From Tubiluchus corallicola (Eukaryota > Animalia > Priapulida), in contig JAQGDQ010002372.1 of assembly GCA_030141605.1 (NCBI GenBank), positions 434,001 through 498,000 of the forward strand: 64,000 nt of DNA. Reading direction: 5' to 3'. Positions within the stretch are counted from its first letter, which is position 1. Each line of letters begins with the position of its first letter. This document shows positions 26,101 through 38,661 of this stretch, one piece after another. The notes below the pieces were generated by a model, which was given only the letters and a program-made list of their open reading frames with translations, was not told the DNA's origin and searched no databases. Both the position numbers and the translations under genes were made by a program.

Positions 26101-29100
26101 TAAGACTAAAAACTGGTTAGATGCATCAGCCGGACCAGTAGCATATGATATAAGTGCAATGTCGTCATCTTTGGCCACAGTATCACCAGTAAATGGGACA
26201 TCAGTTTTCATCCACTAGAAAATTACATTTATAGTGATATTAGAGATAGCTGGCGATAGGCAATAATGCCCCACTAGTCTTTATTCACGAGGTTATAGGT
26301 AAAATAATCGAATGCAGCATTTAAATTAAATTAATAAAACCATTACAGTCCATTTGTTCAGTCACAAAATAGATAACAGACTGTCAGTTCACTAGATTGT
26401 CAAAAAGATTCGAGATTTGTGTGATTGCATCTTAGTAAAACATTATTTGCCTTGAGATTTATGTGTAATCCCACAGTATAACATAGTAAGTGATGAGTGA
26501 GAAGCTAGCAACATTTGTTGAAAACCTATAGTCTTCATCTCTTTACCCTTCGGAACCATAGTGGACGACTATGACTAGGATAAAATCATTTCAGCAGCCT
26601 CGGCTTACTTTATGTTCATCTGATTTTTTTACAGAAATGAGGCTTACCATGCATGTTGTCATGGCGTCCAAATCAGTAGTGATTACATTATTTAGTTTTA
26701 TATAATCTTCTGTACCACGTTCCGGAAATACAACCATAGCCTCTTCTGTAGTGTTTGTACAAGTTGGGGTCAGACCTACAACAAAATGCCTGTAATCTGA
26801 TGATTCTGATTGCACTGAGGTGACATTGTGATTGATTCGGCATGCTCATGCCCAACTGAACAATAACGAAGAACACATTGGGACCACTGGGACACTTAAT
26901 TGCAAGCACATCACCTTAATATAATATGTCACATTCAGCTACAGTTTATCTTCTAGTTAGGTCCAGTGAGTAGCACGTTACCATATGCTGTCAGACTTAC
27001 GTGCTAGGACTGCCAACCCTGAGTCCCGTCCATCGATTAGATTTTTTGAATCCCGTCCGTCTCCATAGTCCATCTCCGTTTCCGTGCTAAGAATGGCTAA
27101 CTAAAAGCTGTTCTTTTTAACTTCTAAATGAGTGTTCTTTCGAGGCAGATTTTTGTTTTTAGTCATAGTAGAGGTTCTGTGCTGAAGTGTGCGCAAATTA
27201 AAAGAAATTTCTAGAAAATTAACATTAAATGACATCTATTCCAAGGCTGTTGGACTCGTGGAACCCATTTCTGTAACTTTCATTTCAAGAATGACGACCG
27301 CTTTCAAAATGGCCGCCATTAGACTAGAAGAAAATCATGAAAGGTGCTTCTATAAATTTCTAGAGGCATTTTTTCTAAAAGTGGGCAACATAGCCAGTTT
27401 TAGCAAAAACCTGTTGCTGGCTTGAAAAACTAATGGAAAATGGTAAAAAATGCAAAAAATACAATGGCTGCAAAGTTTTTGCGCACACAATGTAAATCAA
27501 AACAAGTTCCCTGAAAATTGATATTATGAAGTGATGATGACATCTATTCCATTGAATTTGCAACCCGTTTCTGTTATTTTTGTTACAGAAATGGTCACGG
27601 TTTTCAAAATGGCTGCCATACAAAAATAAATTGTGCCGATTAATTATATTACCTGTTTCACCTAAAGATTTATTATAAAAATATAAGGCAGGTTATTTTT
27701 ATTAATTCGACATTGACTCTAAATACTGCTAGACTAATAACTAATATTTAGATGTGAGCAAAAAGGAAATTTTTGCATGCCGTGTAAAAGTTATAAAAAT
27801 TTCGCGGAATGCTAGAATGTCAAGGTGATTAATTTTGGATAAAAAGTCTTCCAATATGGGCGCTATTTTCAAGATGGCCAACATGGTTCGCTGGCATATA
27901 AAGATTATATTACATAAAACTCAAACCCATCAAAGTGATCAATTTTGGATATGAGGCCAGACGAAAATCATTCAATATTGCCACGATTTCAAAATTGCTA
28001 AGAAGATGGAAGGCTGTTGCCAATTTTTTAAAGCCGTATCTTAGCTACTAGAGCTTAAGTGTTTTAAGCTTTATTTATGGCTTGCTTGACCCCTGCATGA
28101 CACCAAAGTCTTCTCATCTGTTCTAATGGTTAAGATATATAGCCTCTACATGCTAGCGAGCCATCGTGCTGGTCATCTTGAAAATGGCACCCATATTGAA
28201 GAATTTTTTATCCAAAATTAGTTACCTTGACATTCTAGCATTCTGCTAAATTTATAACCTTTACACGAAATGAACAATTTTGCTGGACTATACGTCAAGC
28301 ACGTCAGCGACAGCCATTATCTTTTTTGCTCATTTCTTATTATTAGTTATTAGTCTAACAGTATTTAGAGTCACAAGGTCGGCCGTTTTGTTTTTTACTT
28401 ATTGGGCTGTTTGAATGGCTTTGTATTACTTTCATACTAGTAGCAGCTATCTAGATTCGAGAAGATCCAGTTGATTGGTTTTTGTTTATTTAATAAATCT
28501 ATGATAAAACAGTTAATGTAATTGCATGATCGGCATTATTGCTTGGCAGCAATTTTGAAAACGGTAATTATCTTTGAAATGAAAATGACAGAAATGAGTT
28601 CCTCGCGTCCAACTGGATCCTTGGAATAGCTGTCATGTTGCCTTCTTAATGTTAATTTTGTAAACATTTCTCTTAATTTACGTTGTTTGCGCAAAAACTT
28701 AGCGGCCATGTTGTTTTTTGCGTTTAGCCCTTTCCGCTAATTTTTCGAGATGGCAACAAGTTTTTCGGATTCAGTGTAGTTAAATTGATAAGACTGGCTA
28801 TGTTGCCCATTTATAAAAAAGCGCCTCTAATGTTCCACTTTTCTGAAAGTGAGACTAGACTATATATGCTTTTCCTAGTTACCCTTTATATGTAAATCGC
28901 ATTTAGAATTTATCCAAAATTTTACCACACTAGGCTTATTTGCGGTAAGTTTCATTTTAACGAAAATGTATAAAGCTGTAGCCCTTTAACTGCATGCAAG
29001 TCATTACACATGCAGAAAAACGTGTAACATGATAAAATGTTTAAGGACATCACAATAAGCACTGTAGATACACATTCGTGGAAATGTATAAGCATGTGGA

Positions 29101-30602
29101 AGTGTATAACATTTGTGTAATCCTTATGTATTACTAAGTATATTAAATTAAGTACACTATTAAAGGGAAACATTAATATTAAACATACTTTTGCATTTAA
29201 TTTTAAATTCAACGAATTTAGCATAAAACCTTTCTTCTAAATTAAGTCTATTATACACGTACATCGACTAATGTTAAAAATATTCACATATTACGTGTTA
29301 CGTAATTCTATCTGCGTCAGCCTGATACACGTATAGATGTGTCTACTTAATCAGGTCTACTTACTTTGAAGATCTGTCACAGAAGATTCCACGAAGCTTT
29401 TATACTGAGTTAGATCGCTTTGTATAGAATTATATCTCGGGAAAGTGAATCTTGTAGGATCATATCGATCGGTACCTATGCAGTTAACATAATCAAAATG
29501 TAGCTTCAGTGAAACAATACTAAAAATTGATTGATGTTTTCAAGCTGAAAAACATAACAATATTTTATCAGTCTTCCTATGACTGCAGATAACCGCTGAA
29601 AAAGCAAAAAACTCGCAGTTACCCTGGTTTACAACTTTATATTACAAAAGATAGTAACCAGAATCCGGAAGAGCCAATGGCTAGTTCGATATTACTGTTA
29701 CTGAAGTAGCGTTACTATGGCTTCACACTTGGTCTGTAATCTAAAAGGGAGGCTTGCTCTAAATAAATAATACGCTAATACTTCATGATATCAACTATCG
29801 ATTATTTAAATTCATGTAATTCATGTTGTCAACAAATGAAATCGTTTATCTGCTTCTTCATGGTAATCAACACTTAAGTATATCTGTTAATATTCAAGTA
29901 TTTAAGCTTGTAAAGAAATTTATATTTCTAACTAAGCTCTAATAGTTACTGTACTAGTTTACATTGATTACATAGTAACATTAATGTCTTTCTCAACATT
30001 ATTCTATGTATATATTTATGCTAGTAGTCATACTGTAATGCTTCTACTGTTTGTCTATTACCTGCACTCTACTAAGTGTCACATTTCATTGGTGAGAACA
30101 TTTAGCAGTTGTTAAAAACTGTCTGTTCAAGCCATATTGCAATATTTCTTATTCAACAAAATATGTTTAAACTGTAAATGTAAAAATTTACAGTGTGTAA
30201 ATGTAAAAACTTTAAATGGCAGTAACCGCCGAAAGCCAATTATCGAAATTGAAAGTATTAGCAAATACAACCGGGCCTATTCTGTTCTACTATGTACTAT
30301 ACCATGTGTGGATGTAAAAATTTGCACACTGAATTTTGCTAAAGCATTTTCTGTTTATTTTATTTTCGTTTTCCAGTTTTCGTGTTTCACGTGAATGAAT
30401 TTTACTGTAAATCATGTATCTCTGTGTCTCCTTCCCATTTGTTTGGTTGTTTAATTTATACCAATCGTTTATTTATTTTTGATTCAGGAAAAAACTAAAT
30501 GACTTGATTTCGTCAATACTTACGTCGTGTATGAATCTTTACGGATGGATGTGCGCTTGATTCGGCAATAAAGGTCATTAAAATAACTGCTGCAGTATTC
30601 AA
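22821..30602 (-). CDS. Pentraxin-domain gene A (~350 codons). Exons 30602-30524, 29475-29365, 26775-26648, 26214-26057, 24905-24799, 24268-24098, 23119-22821. Start codon is TTG rather than ATG.
   Basis: Pentraxin motifs VFP..TEDYIKL, TTCMWMKT, LISYAT, NEWHYVCIGWS, VDG and GGCLIFGQDQDDVESGFEERQSFRGCVTDITIFDSKL. Phases are consistent (1,1,0,2,1,1). Confidence 0.85.
23260..23863. mobile_element. hAT-like non-autonomous element with 8-bp TSD (copy at 55407-56000)
   Basis: Termini cagggcccgactta / taaatccgaccctg; TSD ataatctg on both sides. Confidence 0.8.
24098..24268 (-). CDS. Pentraxin A exon 6
   Basis: GGCLIFGQDQD...QSFRG pentraxin Ca-loop motif. Confidence 0.92.
24799..24905 (-). CDS. Pentraxin A exon 5
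   Basis: LRDNEWHYVCIGWSMDGSFCVTVDG. Confidence 0.88.
25218..25703. mobile_element. MITE with tcggt subrepeats (copy at ~57364-57859)
   Basis: Inverted termini agtgttgttccga / tcggaa(c/t)aacact. Confidence 0.6.
26057..26214 (-). CDS. Pentraxin A exon 4
   Basis: WMKTD...LISYAT...NQFLVLV. Confidence 0.88.
26648..26775 (-). CDS. Pentraxin A exon 3
   Basis: LTPTC...VFPERGTEDYIKL...AMTTCM. Confidence 0.88.
27200..28830. mobile_element. ~1.6-kb foldback-like element with long imperfect inverted arms in intron 2 of gene A (copy ~59400-61050)
   Basis: 27760-27880 is inverted at 28170-28330 and 27360-27400 at 28790-28830; repeated aaaatggc(c/t)gcc motifs. Confidence 0.7.
29365..29475 (-). CDS. Pentraxin A exon 2 (linker)
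   Basis: 111-nt phase 1-1 open exon with gtaagt donor, conserved in copy C. Confidence 0.6.
30524..30602 (-). CDS. Pentraxin A exon 1 (signal-peptide-like)
   Basis: (L)NTAAVILMTFIAESSAHPSVKIHTR|gtaagt; copy C has ATG at the first codon. Confidence 0.55.
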
Positions 30603-30829
30603 AATTGTACAGCTGAACTACATAAAAATAGATGCGCAAAATTGTATATTAGCTAAATGACAGATTATAAACGTGCTGTCACGAAAAAAGAACAGTGGCA
30701 TATTAGCTCACCTAAAACAGATTGCATAAAGAGGTAGTTGAATAAAAACATGTACAATAGTATACATCAATGGTAGACTGAAATTTTGTTCTAAAACTAA
30801 AACTAACCGAAAGAAAAAAATCGTCAAGG

Positions 30830-32311
30830 TCCAGTTTCAGAAGCAATGCGCTATGCTCGAGCTCAATTCAAATATTCTCCCCGAGCATGTAAGAGGCTAT
30901 TGTTGCTGACCGGATAGCCTACAGATGTATGCACTGTAATTCATATCAATTTGGGCATCCATTAAAAAGGAGTCGAATTCTAAGCAACTCTCCTCTCGTC
31001 CCGCATTGGGCAAACCACTGGCGAAAAGCAAATATGTGATATGTGGAAGAACCACTACCAGGCACTTCTTAATTCTGTTGACAATTACGATCTACCAATT
31101 AGGCTAAAGGAATCTCTGACTACCACCCTAAACAATGCTCCTGCAATCACTGTAAGAGAGGTTCAGGATGCCATGTCTAGCCTGTCTCACCACAAAAGTC
31201 CAGGCCCTGATCGGCTCCAAGCGGAATATTATACATACGCAACTGGGCTTCTACCCATATTGCTAGCTTTAATTTATATATCTTGCATTGCTCATAGTTT
31301 TCCAAATGCACTCATGCTCTAAGTACTTGTGGCTCTTGTTAAAAACAACAACAATGATATCACGGACGTAAACAATTTCAGGCCCATAGCTCTATCACCC
31401 ATCAGTAATAAAATTCTTGAATATGTGTTACTCTATCAATATAAACATTGTATTCATGCTACACCAAACCAGTTTGGCTTCGTAGACAAGTTGGGAACCG
31501 AATTCTGTATCAAAGTTTTAAAGAAATCATTGATTACTATATTTCCAGGCAAAGCACTGTGCACATTATTTTTATTGATGCGTCAAAAGCGCATGACCGT
31601 GTTAATTATTTCAAATTATTTTTTGAACTGTTAACCACCGAAAGGCCCAAAGTTATTATTCGTCTTTTACTTTTTTATTATACAAAACAAAGTGTGTTAA
31701 TTAGGTGGGGACGATACCAATCTAGTATATTTAACATTGGTAACAGTGTTCGTCAGAGAGGTATTATGTCTCCTATGTTATTTAACTTTTTGTTTAACTC
31801 TGTTATTTAACCGTCAGAGGGTTAGCTCTTCACAGTATGGTTGTCACATTGCTCATCTATTTACGAATCATCTGATGTATGCAGTTGATGTCTGCTTATT
31901 AGCCACAACCACAACTGCACCTCAAAAACTCATTGATATACACATTTATTATGCTAAACAGCATAACATTATTATTAATGTCGAGAAGACTAAATTGGTC
32001 TCGACAAAGTCACCTGTTCATCTGTTTTTAAAAAAGTGGCGAATGGCTCCTGAGAAGGAACTTTGATAAAGCCCTCAAAACAGGAGAAATGCTTAGGGCA
32101 TATAGTTTCTGATAATAATGCAAATGATCTTGACATTATTAAACAAAGAACAATTTATTATTCTAGGGCCAACCAATTAATTAGACGTTTTGGCAATTGC
32201 TCACTTGCTGTCAAGAAGTATCTTTTTAATTCTACTGCTTCATGGCGCCATTACAATTTATACAGTCAGAGGAAATTAAAAGTGCCTACGTTAAATTTGT
32301 TTCACTTGTGA
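30830..32311 (+). mobile_element. Degenerate non-LTR retrotransposon (LINE) reverse transcriptase
   Basis: Frameshifted ORFs with KSPGPD, NFRPIAL, NQFGF, FIDASKAHDRV, VRQRGIMSPMLF, LMYAVDV (YADD-like), INVEKT and CLG. Confidence 0.92.
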
Positions 32312-33519
32312 AATCAGTTAATTAAACCTAATCAGAAAGACGGTCAGAAGAATATCGCAAACGCAGATCCAGGGCTTCAGCGTTTTTTTCTGTGCAAACC
32401 AGCATCCTACACACAAAGGCAGAGCTTTTCAAATCTCGGTGATTTATCAAACCAATTTACTTGATGCACACGCATACACAGCAGTTCTCACAGTTTTGAA
32501 ACACAAACTTTGAGAACGTAAGCTCTACTTGTAGTGGCTTCAAGGACGTCTGCCGCACTTGCGCTTTTAGCTAGCTAGTATAGTAGAATTAGTATTCCAA
32601 CTTTGTTTTTTAAACACTTTTAACTGCAGTTTGTTTTCAGCAAACTAAAAGCAAATTACACATCAATAATGTTTGCGTTGTTCCAATATATTTGAACTGG
32701 AGGAATAATTCTTTCGACCTACCTTTAAACTGGTTTTAAACTCAAAAAATACAAACACCATTATTGATTTATTGCTTGGTATTTATTTTGCTGACAGAAC
32801 TCTAGAATAGCCTCTATATCAGACTCACAGGTCAACACTGATAGTGTATTAGGGTACAAACTTCGTTCTAGGCATTGGCTAATATGCAGGAAAATAAATG
32901 CAAATCGGTTGATAAGAATCTTTGAAAATTACTGAAAAGAAAGATTACAATTGATAATTGTAAGATATTCCCTGTTGGTGCTAACAGTAGAGCCTTTTGC
33001 AGGTTAGTAGGTATACGTCCCTTTTTAAGATTTAGGTTGGCTATTATTTATTTGTTATTGTATTCAAGACCGTGAAAACAAAAAATACGGAACTAAGTGA
33101 GTATTATCCAATGTTCACTTCCTTATTAAATTTACGCAGATGAAGTATAGAGTAAGCGGTATATAATAAGGCATCTCAAACATAGAAACAGGGTATAGGT
33201 ATATCTCTTACAGAACACCCCTTTCCCACACACAGGGTCTGTGTTTTTATTGTAAAACTCTGCAGCACAGAGCTACTTTTAATGCATTTTTGCTGCTAAA
33301 CAGAATGATCTATCGATGTCTTAAAGCAGTACATGTACTGTATTTGCTTACAATCTGGTCGTAATTAGAATGGCCTAAATTGTTCTGACTGAAATTCGAT
33401 AAAGTCTTAAAATTTTATGACAAGCTGTGAGAAATTTCCTCAACTTAACATTTCTCTATCTAATGAATAGGTCGGTGAGGTCAATTGTTGAAACACAGCA
33501 AGTCGACAGTGTGGCTGTA

Positions 33520-34500
33520 AACAGGTATAAGAAAAAGTGGCGCAGATAAAAATGGCACATGAAAAAATGCCATAAATGGAAAAATAGAAAAATGTGTCAT
33601 ATGTTATTTTGATGCATTTGATTTCTGTAATAAAACCAGAAGGCGCTTTCAGTAGGAATCTTTACGCCAAAGCCTGTTCTATGCCAAAACCGAATAACCC
33701 TAAACTTGTTCTCTAATTTTTTTTTGATTAAAAAACTTAAAACAAAGATGAACAAGCAAACATACAAAAATGTATCTGTATTGGTATTATATAGACTAGC
33801 AAAAATTTGGCGAAGTTAATAGATTGACATACATACGTACTTAGATGGCAAGTCAGCTTATAAGACTATACACATCGAAAAATCTAGACCTAGATCTAGA
33901 TTTAAATCTAGCAAGTGAGAATGTCTCTCGGAACTTGGAACTAACTAAATCTAGCTGAGACCTACACGAAGTGCTTCACGAATGTTTTTTGTAACTGGTG
34001 TTAGGATCGAGTTTTGCGAAAACAATCTAGATCTAGATTTAGCAAGCGAGTATTTCTCTAAATAGAACCTAGACCTAACTGATATTTGTGTGTCCTAGCG
34101 GAGATAATAAAAAAGAAGTATTAAACACTCCATCTGAGACCTCCACGAAGTGCTTCACAAATGCTTTTTGTAGATGGTGTTACGATCGACTTTTGCCAAA
34201 AAAGTGCCCATTTTGGCATCCTATACAAAGTTTCGTGTAAATTTCTTTACTTAGTTTTTGCGTAATACTATGTTTAGTGTTTAGGCTTACTATGACCGAC
34301 AAAAAACTACCAAACAACCCCCACGGTGTTGAAGCATAACTTCCTTGGCAGAGGTAAAAATAAGTAAAATAATAATCCTTTTCAGTAACCCTAACCCTAA
34401 ACTCATATTTTACTAAAAGTGTCATTTTCTTTGTGCCATATATTTACCATGCTGTTTTTACTGTGCTATTTTTCATAGGACATTTTTACCTACATTCAGT
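33520..34500. mobile_element. Dispersed composite repeat family (also 46590-47480 and partial 12445-12690)
   Basis: aaaatggcac arrays inverted as gtgccatttt, an inner unit aaaac(t/c)agaa...ttccttggcagaggtaa, and taacccta runs. The inner unit resembles Helentron/DINE-type elements (inference). Confidence 0.7.
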
Positions 34501-35099
34501 TGGCATAATTAACCTGTAACTACATTTTTTGTTGCCTGTCGTTGGACGAAAGCCTCTAATGTGAAAAGAATTGGTTGTCTTTTAATATTTTTGAAATTCA
34601 CCACATTAAGCACTTTTCCCTTCATTTCTTAAAATCTTCAGAGACTGTTATGAATCCTTGCTGACGCTTCGCGTATACAGTGGCCCAACGTGGCGTTTTT
34701 ATCCTACTATTGTTACTGTTTACAATTTAAATGTATTTTAACTGGTATTCTGGAGCAGTTTGATAAGACGCAATATGAAGTATGAAGCTCGACATCTTCT
34801 AGTGTTGCGACCTGTTGAAACATCATAGCTCGCTTGTTATCTCTAAATTCTACACATTTTCTGAAGATGCTAAATGACTGTGTAGTTATAACACCTTTAT
34901 TTGTACTAGAATTTAAAATACATGGTACACGAGCAAAAATGAAAATGCAAAAGTCAGACTCTGTAAATTTTTATTTACTGAAATTCATACGACCTCTATC
35001 CTTCCAGAACTTTGGATAAAAATGTACAAGTGTTTTTTAAATGAGTACCTAACAGCCATAAAAAAATCAATTGACAATGTTACTATAGGCATCTCCATT

Positions 35100-35389
35100 T
35101 TAATTATAATGTCTAGACCTAGGTCTAGACGTACTAAGGCCCCTCCCAATTTGTCTAAGTTCGTCAGAAATTCTGTAAATTAGCGAAGCTGTTTTCTTGG
35201 CAATGCCAGTGATGAAGTCAAAGAGTATTTCTAACTCCTTTTCTCTCAGAGCGCATACTCTTTCCATTTCAATTGGTCCAGGGCACGTAGATTGACCTTT
35301 CATCAAACCACCAATAAGCTGCATAACTGGGTCTTCCCAATTAAAGATGTATGAGTCATCATTATTTAAACAGGACTCCGTCATCGAAT
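35100..35389 (-). CDS. Pentraxin B last exon
   Basis: SMTESC...IFNW...STCP...AKKTASLI...RHYN*, homologous to the last exon of gene A. Confidence 0.8.
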
Positions 35390-36117
35390 CTGAAAAAATG
35401 TTTTAATCTTATTAAACTGCTATTATGTTCAATTCTAAATCAATTTCGTGACACATGACAGATGCGAATATACTGGAGCAGTTCAAGCGCGAAGAAATGA
35501 ATACTTATTTAGTAAGAACTGTGATTACAATATTATATAGTTTAGAAGTTTATGGAACGTTCGTCTTTAGCTGGTCAGAAATTCACTTGAGGATGATTTC
35601 ATTAAGTTGAAAATAGAACTTGCATCACTGAAACTCAACAAATAAAGGCTTAAGGTGCAGTCATAACCGCCCAGATGCAATTTTCTTAACGATACTCATC
35701 CGTTTGGTAAACTGGTTCAGTAGTGCTGAACTTTCGTAACTAAGCACACCGGTACCCATGTCTAAATTATATACATTATCGTGACGCAATTACAATGATA
35801 ATAACTTATTAAACTTTCAAGCAATTTAAGCGGTGTTACTTAGTTACTACTTTAATCAGTATGATAATTTCACAAAAAACATTTAGGCCTATTATCTTTA
35901 TTCGTACGTAGCACTCTAAGTTGGAAAAAATTGAATCCAGATCTGATGCCGTAATATTTCTTCAGACATTTCTTAATCCATCAGGTACTTTATCAAACAT
36001 AAAAACATTTTCAAATGGCCCCTTTAACCCTGACCTATTCATTTGTTTGTGACTTTGCCACGAGCATATTACTTTGTTTTAGGGACCTTTGTGAAGGGTA
36101 ATGACAGGGAGAAAATC

Positions 36118-37457
36118 CAGTGCCGGATTAACCATTAGGCAAACATAGCACACGCCTTAAGGCCAGCCAAAAATCCAGGCCACAAAAAAATATGGAAAAC
36201 ATTCATAAGTTTTCAGGTGATGATAAAAAATGCTTTCCTTTATTTTTACACGTAAATAAATGTTTTGTATTTTTTACTGTGACCTTTGCAATAACGAATG
36301 AATGAGACACCATTGAGACAGGAACGTTTGTCGAAAATTTTAACTTAACATGGTTGATGAATAACACCGTATTTTTTGTTAACCATGTGATAATTCTGTT
36401 TGCTTTTTTGAGGTAAAAGCTCTGCTATTTTGTTTTTCTTTAAGAAATTAATCTATCGTGTGTTTCTTTTAGAGGAATACCTGCTACAGTTTACATTTCG
36501 CGTCTTCTTGTGTAAAGCATCTCTGGTCCTAATACATCTCATGATGATAGGGGCCACTGTAGTTGTCCAAGATATTTTCTCTGCACCTGGTCCTTTTAAT
36601 CTTGCTGCTTAAGTTTTGAGGGTGGAGTATAAGCTGTATGTGGAAGATTTTGCAGACTGGTTGAGCTTTCAAGCTATTCCGCTGACTACTGATCTCAAAA
36701 ACTCCTGGCTTCTGAATTGGATGGAGTTAGATGTTACAAGGATTCTGCGAGGTTTAAAACTTGTTATTCAAGATTCTGCAGGCAGTCAACTAGATAGCTA
36801 TGAATGTGCGAAAGCGCCACTTTGCAACAGTATTTTGCTGCCCCTGCTAACTCAGTGTATGAATGTTATGCCTTTCGAGCAGGATCCTAATGAATGCATT
36901 GACAATCATTAGGCTAAAATCTGAAAATCTTGGCTAAAAATTATAATTTTACTGACAGCTCCTATGAAACCAATGACAACCAAATGGTGCATGACCAAAT
37001 GATAATAGGGTTAAAGGTCGTTCACATCAGGAGAAAATTACTGTCTGAAAAGAAACTCACTTTTTCCATTGTCATCGATATTGACGAGCCAGTGAGTCTT
37101 CTGCTAGGCTGCTGAAATGAGTGAAGCTCAGCAACAATCTGAAGAATTTCCTTTTTTGTTGGCCATGAAACTGTAGCAATACACTTAAGAAATCCAAGTA
37201 TTGGTCCTGACAGGAAATGAGGTATATCGTAAAACATTGAAAAAGTCCAAGAAAGCCAAGGGCGAACTAAGCATATGGGCACATGTACCAATAGTAATTA
37301 CTATAAAAAATATTGGTTGTTCTAAATTTTTGCGCAATAAATTTTCATTTTCTAAGTTTAACTTATTTTCCTTTCGTCGGTGAGCGCAAAATATCTGTAT
37401 TTTCAGGTCACTTATCAAAATGGGCATTAGGGCCAGCAGAGCCTTAATCTGGCACTG
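36118..37457. mobile_element. hAT-like element with 8-bp TSD carrying a Ty3/Gypsy gag-like remnant
   Basis: TIRs cagtgccggattaa / ttaatctggcactg; TSD agaaaatc at 36110-36117 and 37458-37465; internal ORF LAKNYNF...QMVHDQMIIGLK...IRRKLLSEKKLTF is gag-like. Confidence 0.8.
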
Positions 37458-37624
37458 AGAAAATCCCCAAGCAGCGATGAAAGCCAAGCTGCCCATTGAC
37501 CACTAAGCCCCCGACTAACTAGAAACAGCAGTCAGAATAAAAAATTAAGTACATTGTAAAAGAACTGTCAGTCAGTGTTGTCTGCTTAATAAATCTCATT
37601 ACTTATAGCCTATTGCTACAATGA

Positions 37625-37750
37625 TACCCGTCACCATTCCTCGAAAACTTTGACTTGCTGTGAAACCAGTGCCCCCATCAGTCTGATCCTGTCCAAATAT
37701 TAAGTATCCACCCGATTGTATTGGCCCAGGATTAGAACCGTAATTACCAG
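37625..37750 (-). CDS. Pentraxin B exon 6 (3' end uncertain)
   Basis: IQSGGYLIFGQDQTDGGTGFTASQSFRGMVT. Confidence 0.8.
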
Positions 37751-38541
37751 CTTGAAATTAAACAAAAGTAAATTTAACATCAAACGCGTCTTTCATTAAG
37801 TTATTACAAAAAATGACGTGAAATTAAGAGGTTTTGAAAGCGAAGATCGCGTTGTTTTATGTTGCTCTAAGGCGAGTATCAGCCTGTATTTGTCACATGC
37901 TAAATTTTTCATCGATTCTAGTTAATTCACCAAGTAGCATACCATTAACTGTATTACGTTAACAGCTATAGATTCAAGGATACATAATTGATTTGTAAAG
38001 GATTTTAAGGAAGATTCATTGCATTATGTGGTGTTTCTACCAAAAGGTTGTACTAATATTGCACTTTTGTGTGATCTTGTATATTTTATTATGCTATTCT
38101 CTACAGTTAATGTCATTTAATTGGAGGGGGGGCAAATATAATTTTATTCAGTTTTTAACTGCAAGTTTGCATGCAAATAATCCTTTCTATCTATCTGTCT
38201 ACCCTTATGAGGCGGTAAATTAATGTGCATTGTCATGCGAAATGATAATTCGTCCAAATCAGCAATTCCGCAAATTCGGCATATAGCTCAAGATTAATCA
38301 TTAAATCTTGTCCTGGTCATATTGCAGTTTTTGTTATTGCAATATATATATCACTATAACGAAATATACATTCAGTAATACATATACGTATATTACTTAT
38401 TATGACTATACTAATTAAGAAAATATACTTTGGTTTGGAGAAAAATTAGTTTTTAGTTACCACATAAAAGTAATATTAAATGTATATAGAAATACTATTA
38501 TTGTATTACAGGAAACTTGAGAAACTAGTAAGATATCTTAC

Positions 38542-38661
38542 TTTAGGACAACCCCATCTACAGACACAAAGTATGTGTTCGTTGTTGTATCGTAACCAGC
38601 ACATACCGAATGCCATTGATTATTTCTGAGGTTTGTAGTGGCTGCAAGTGTGTTCGGCGTC
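38542..38661 (-). CDS. Pentraxin B exon 5
   Basis: NLRNNQWHSVCAGYDTTTNTYFVSVDGVVL. Confidence 0.8.

Larger units (their letters stand above)
21427..31312 (+). repeat. ~10-kb duplicated segment, copy 1 (copy 2 at 53674-63341)
   Basis: Continuous alignment over exons, introns and transposons with scattered substitutions and indels; offset ~32 kb. Confidence 0.97.

Noticed and set aside
29623-29734. Extra exon in intron 1 of gene A
   Set aside because: In-frame stop in the required phase.
35587-35627. Rescue microexon for gene B exon 6
   Set aside because: Phase-compatible, but its translation (DASSIFNLMKSSS) does not convincingly match the missing IFDSKLEENVI segment.
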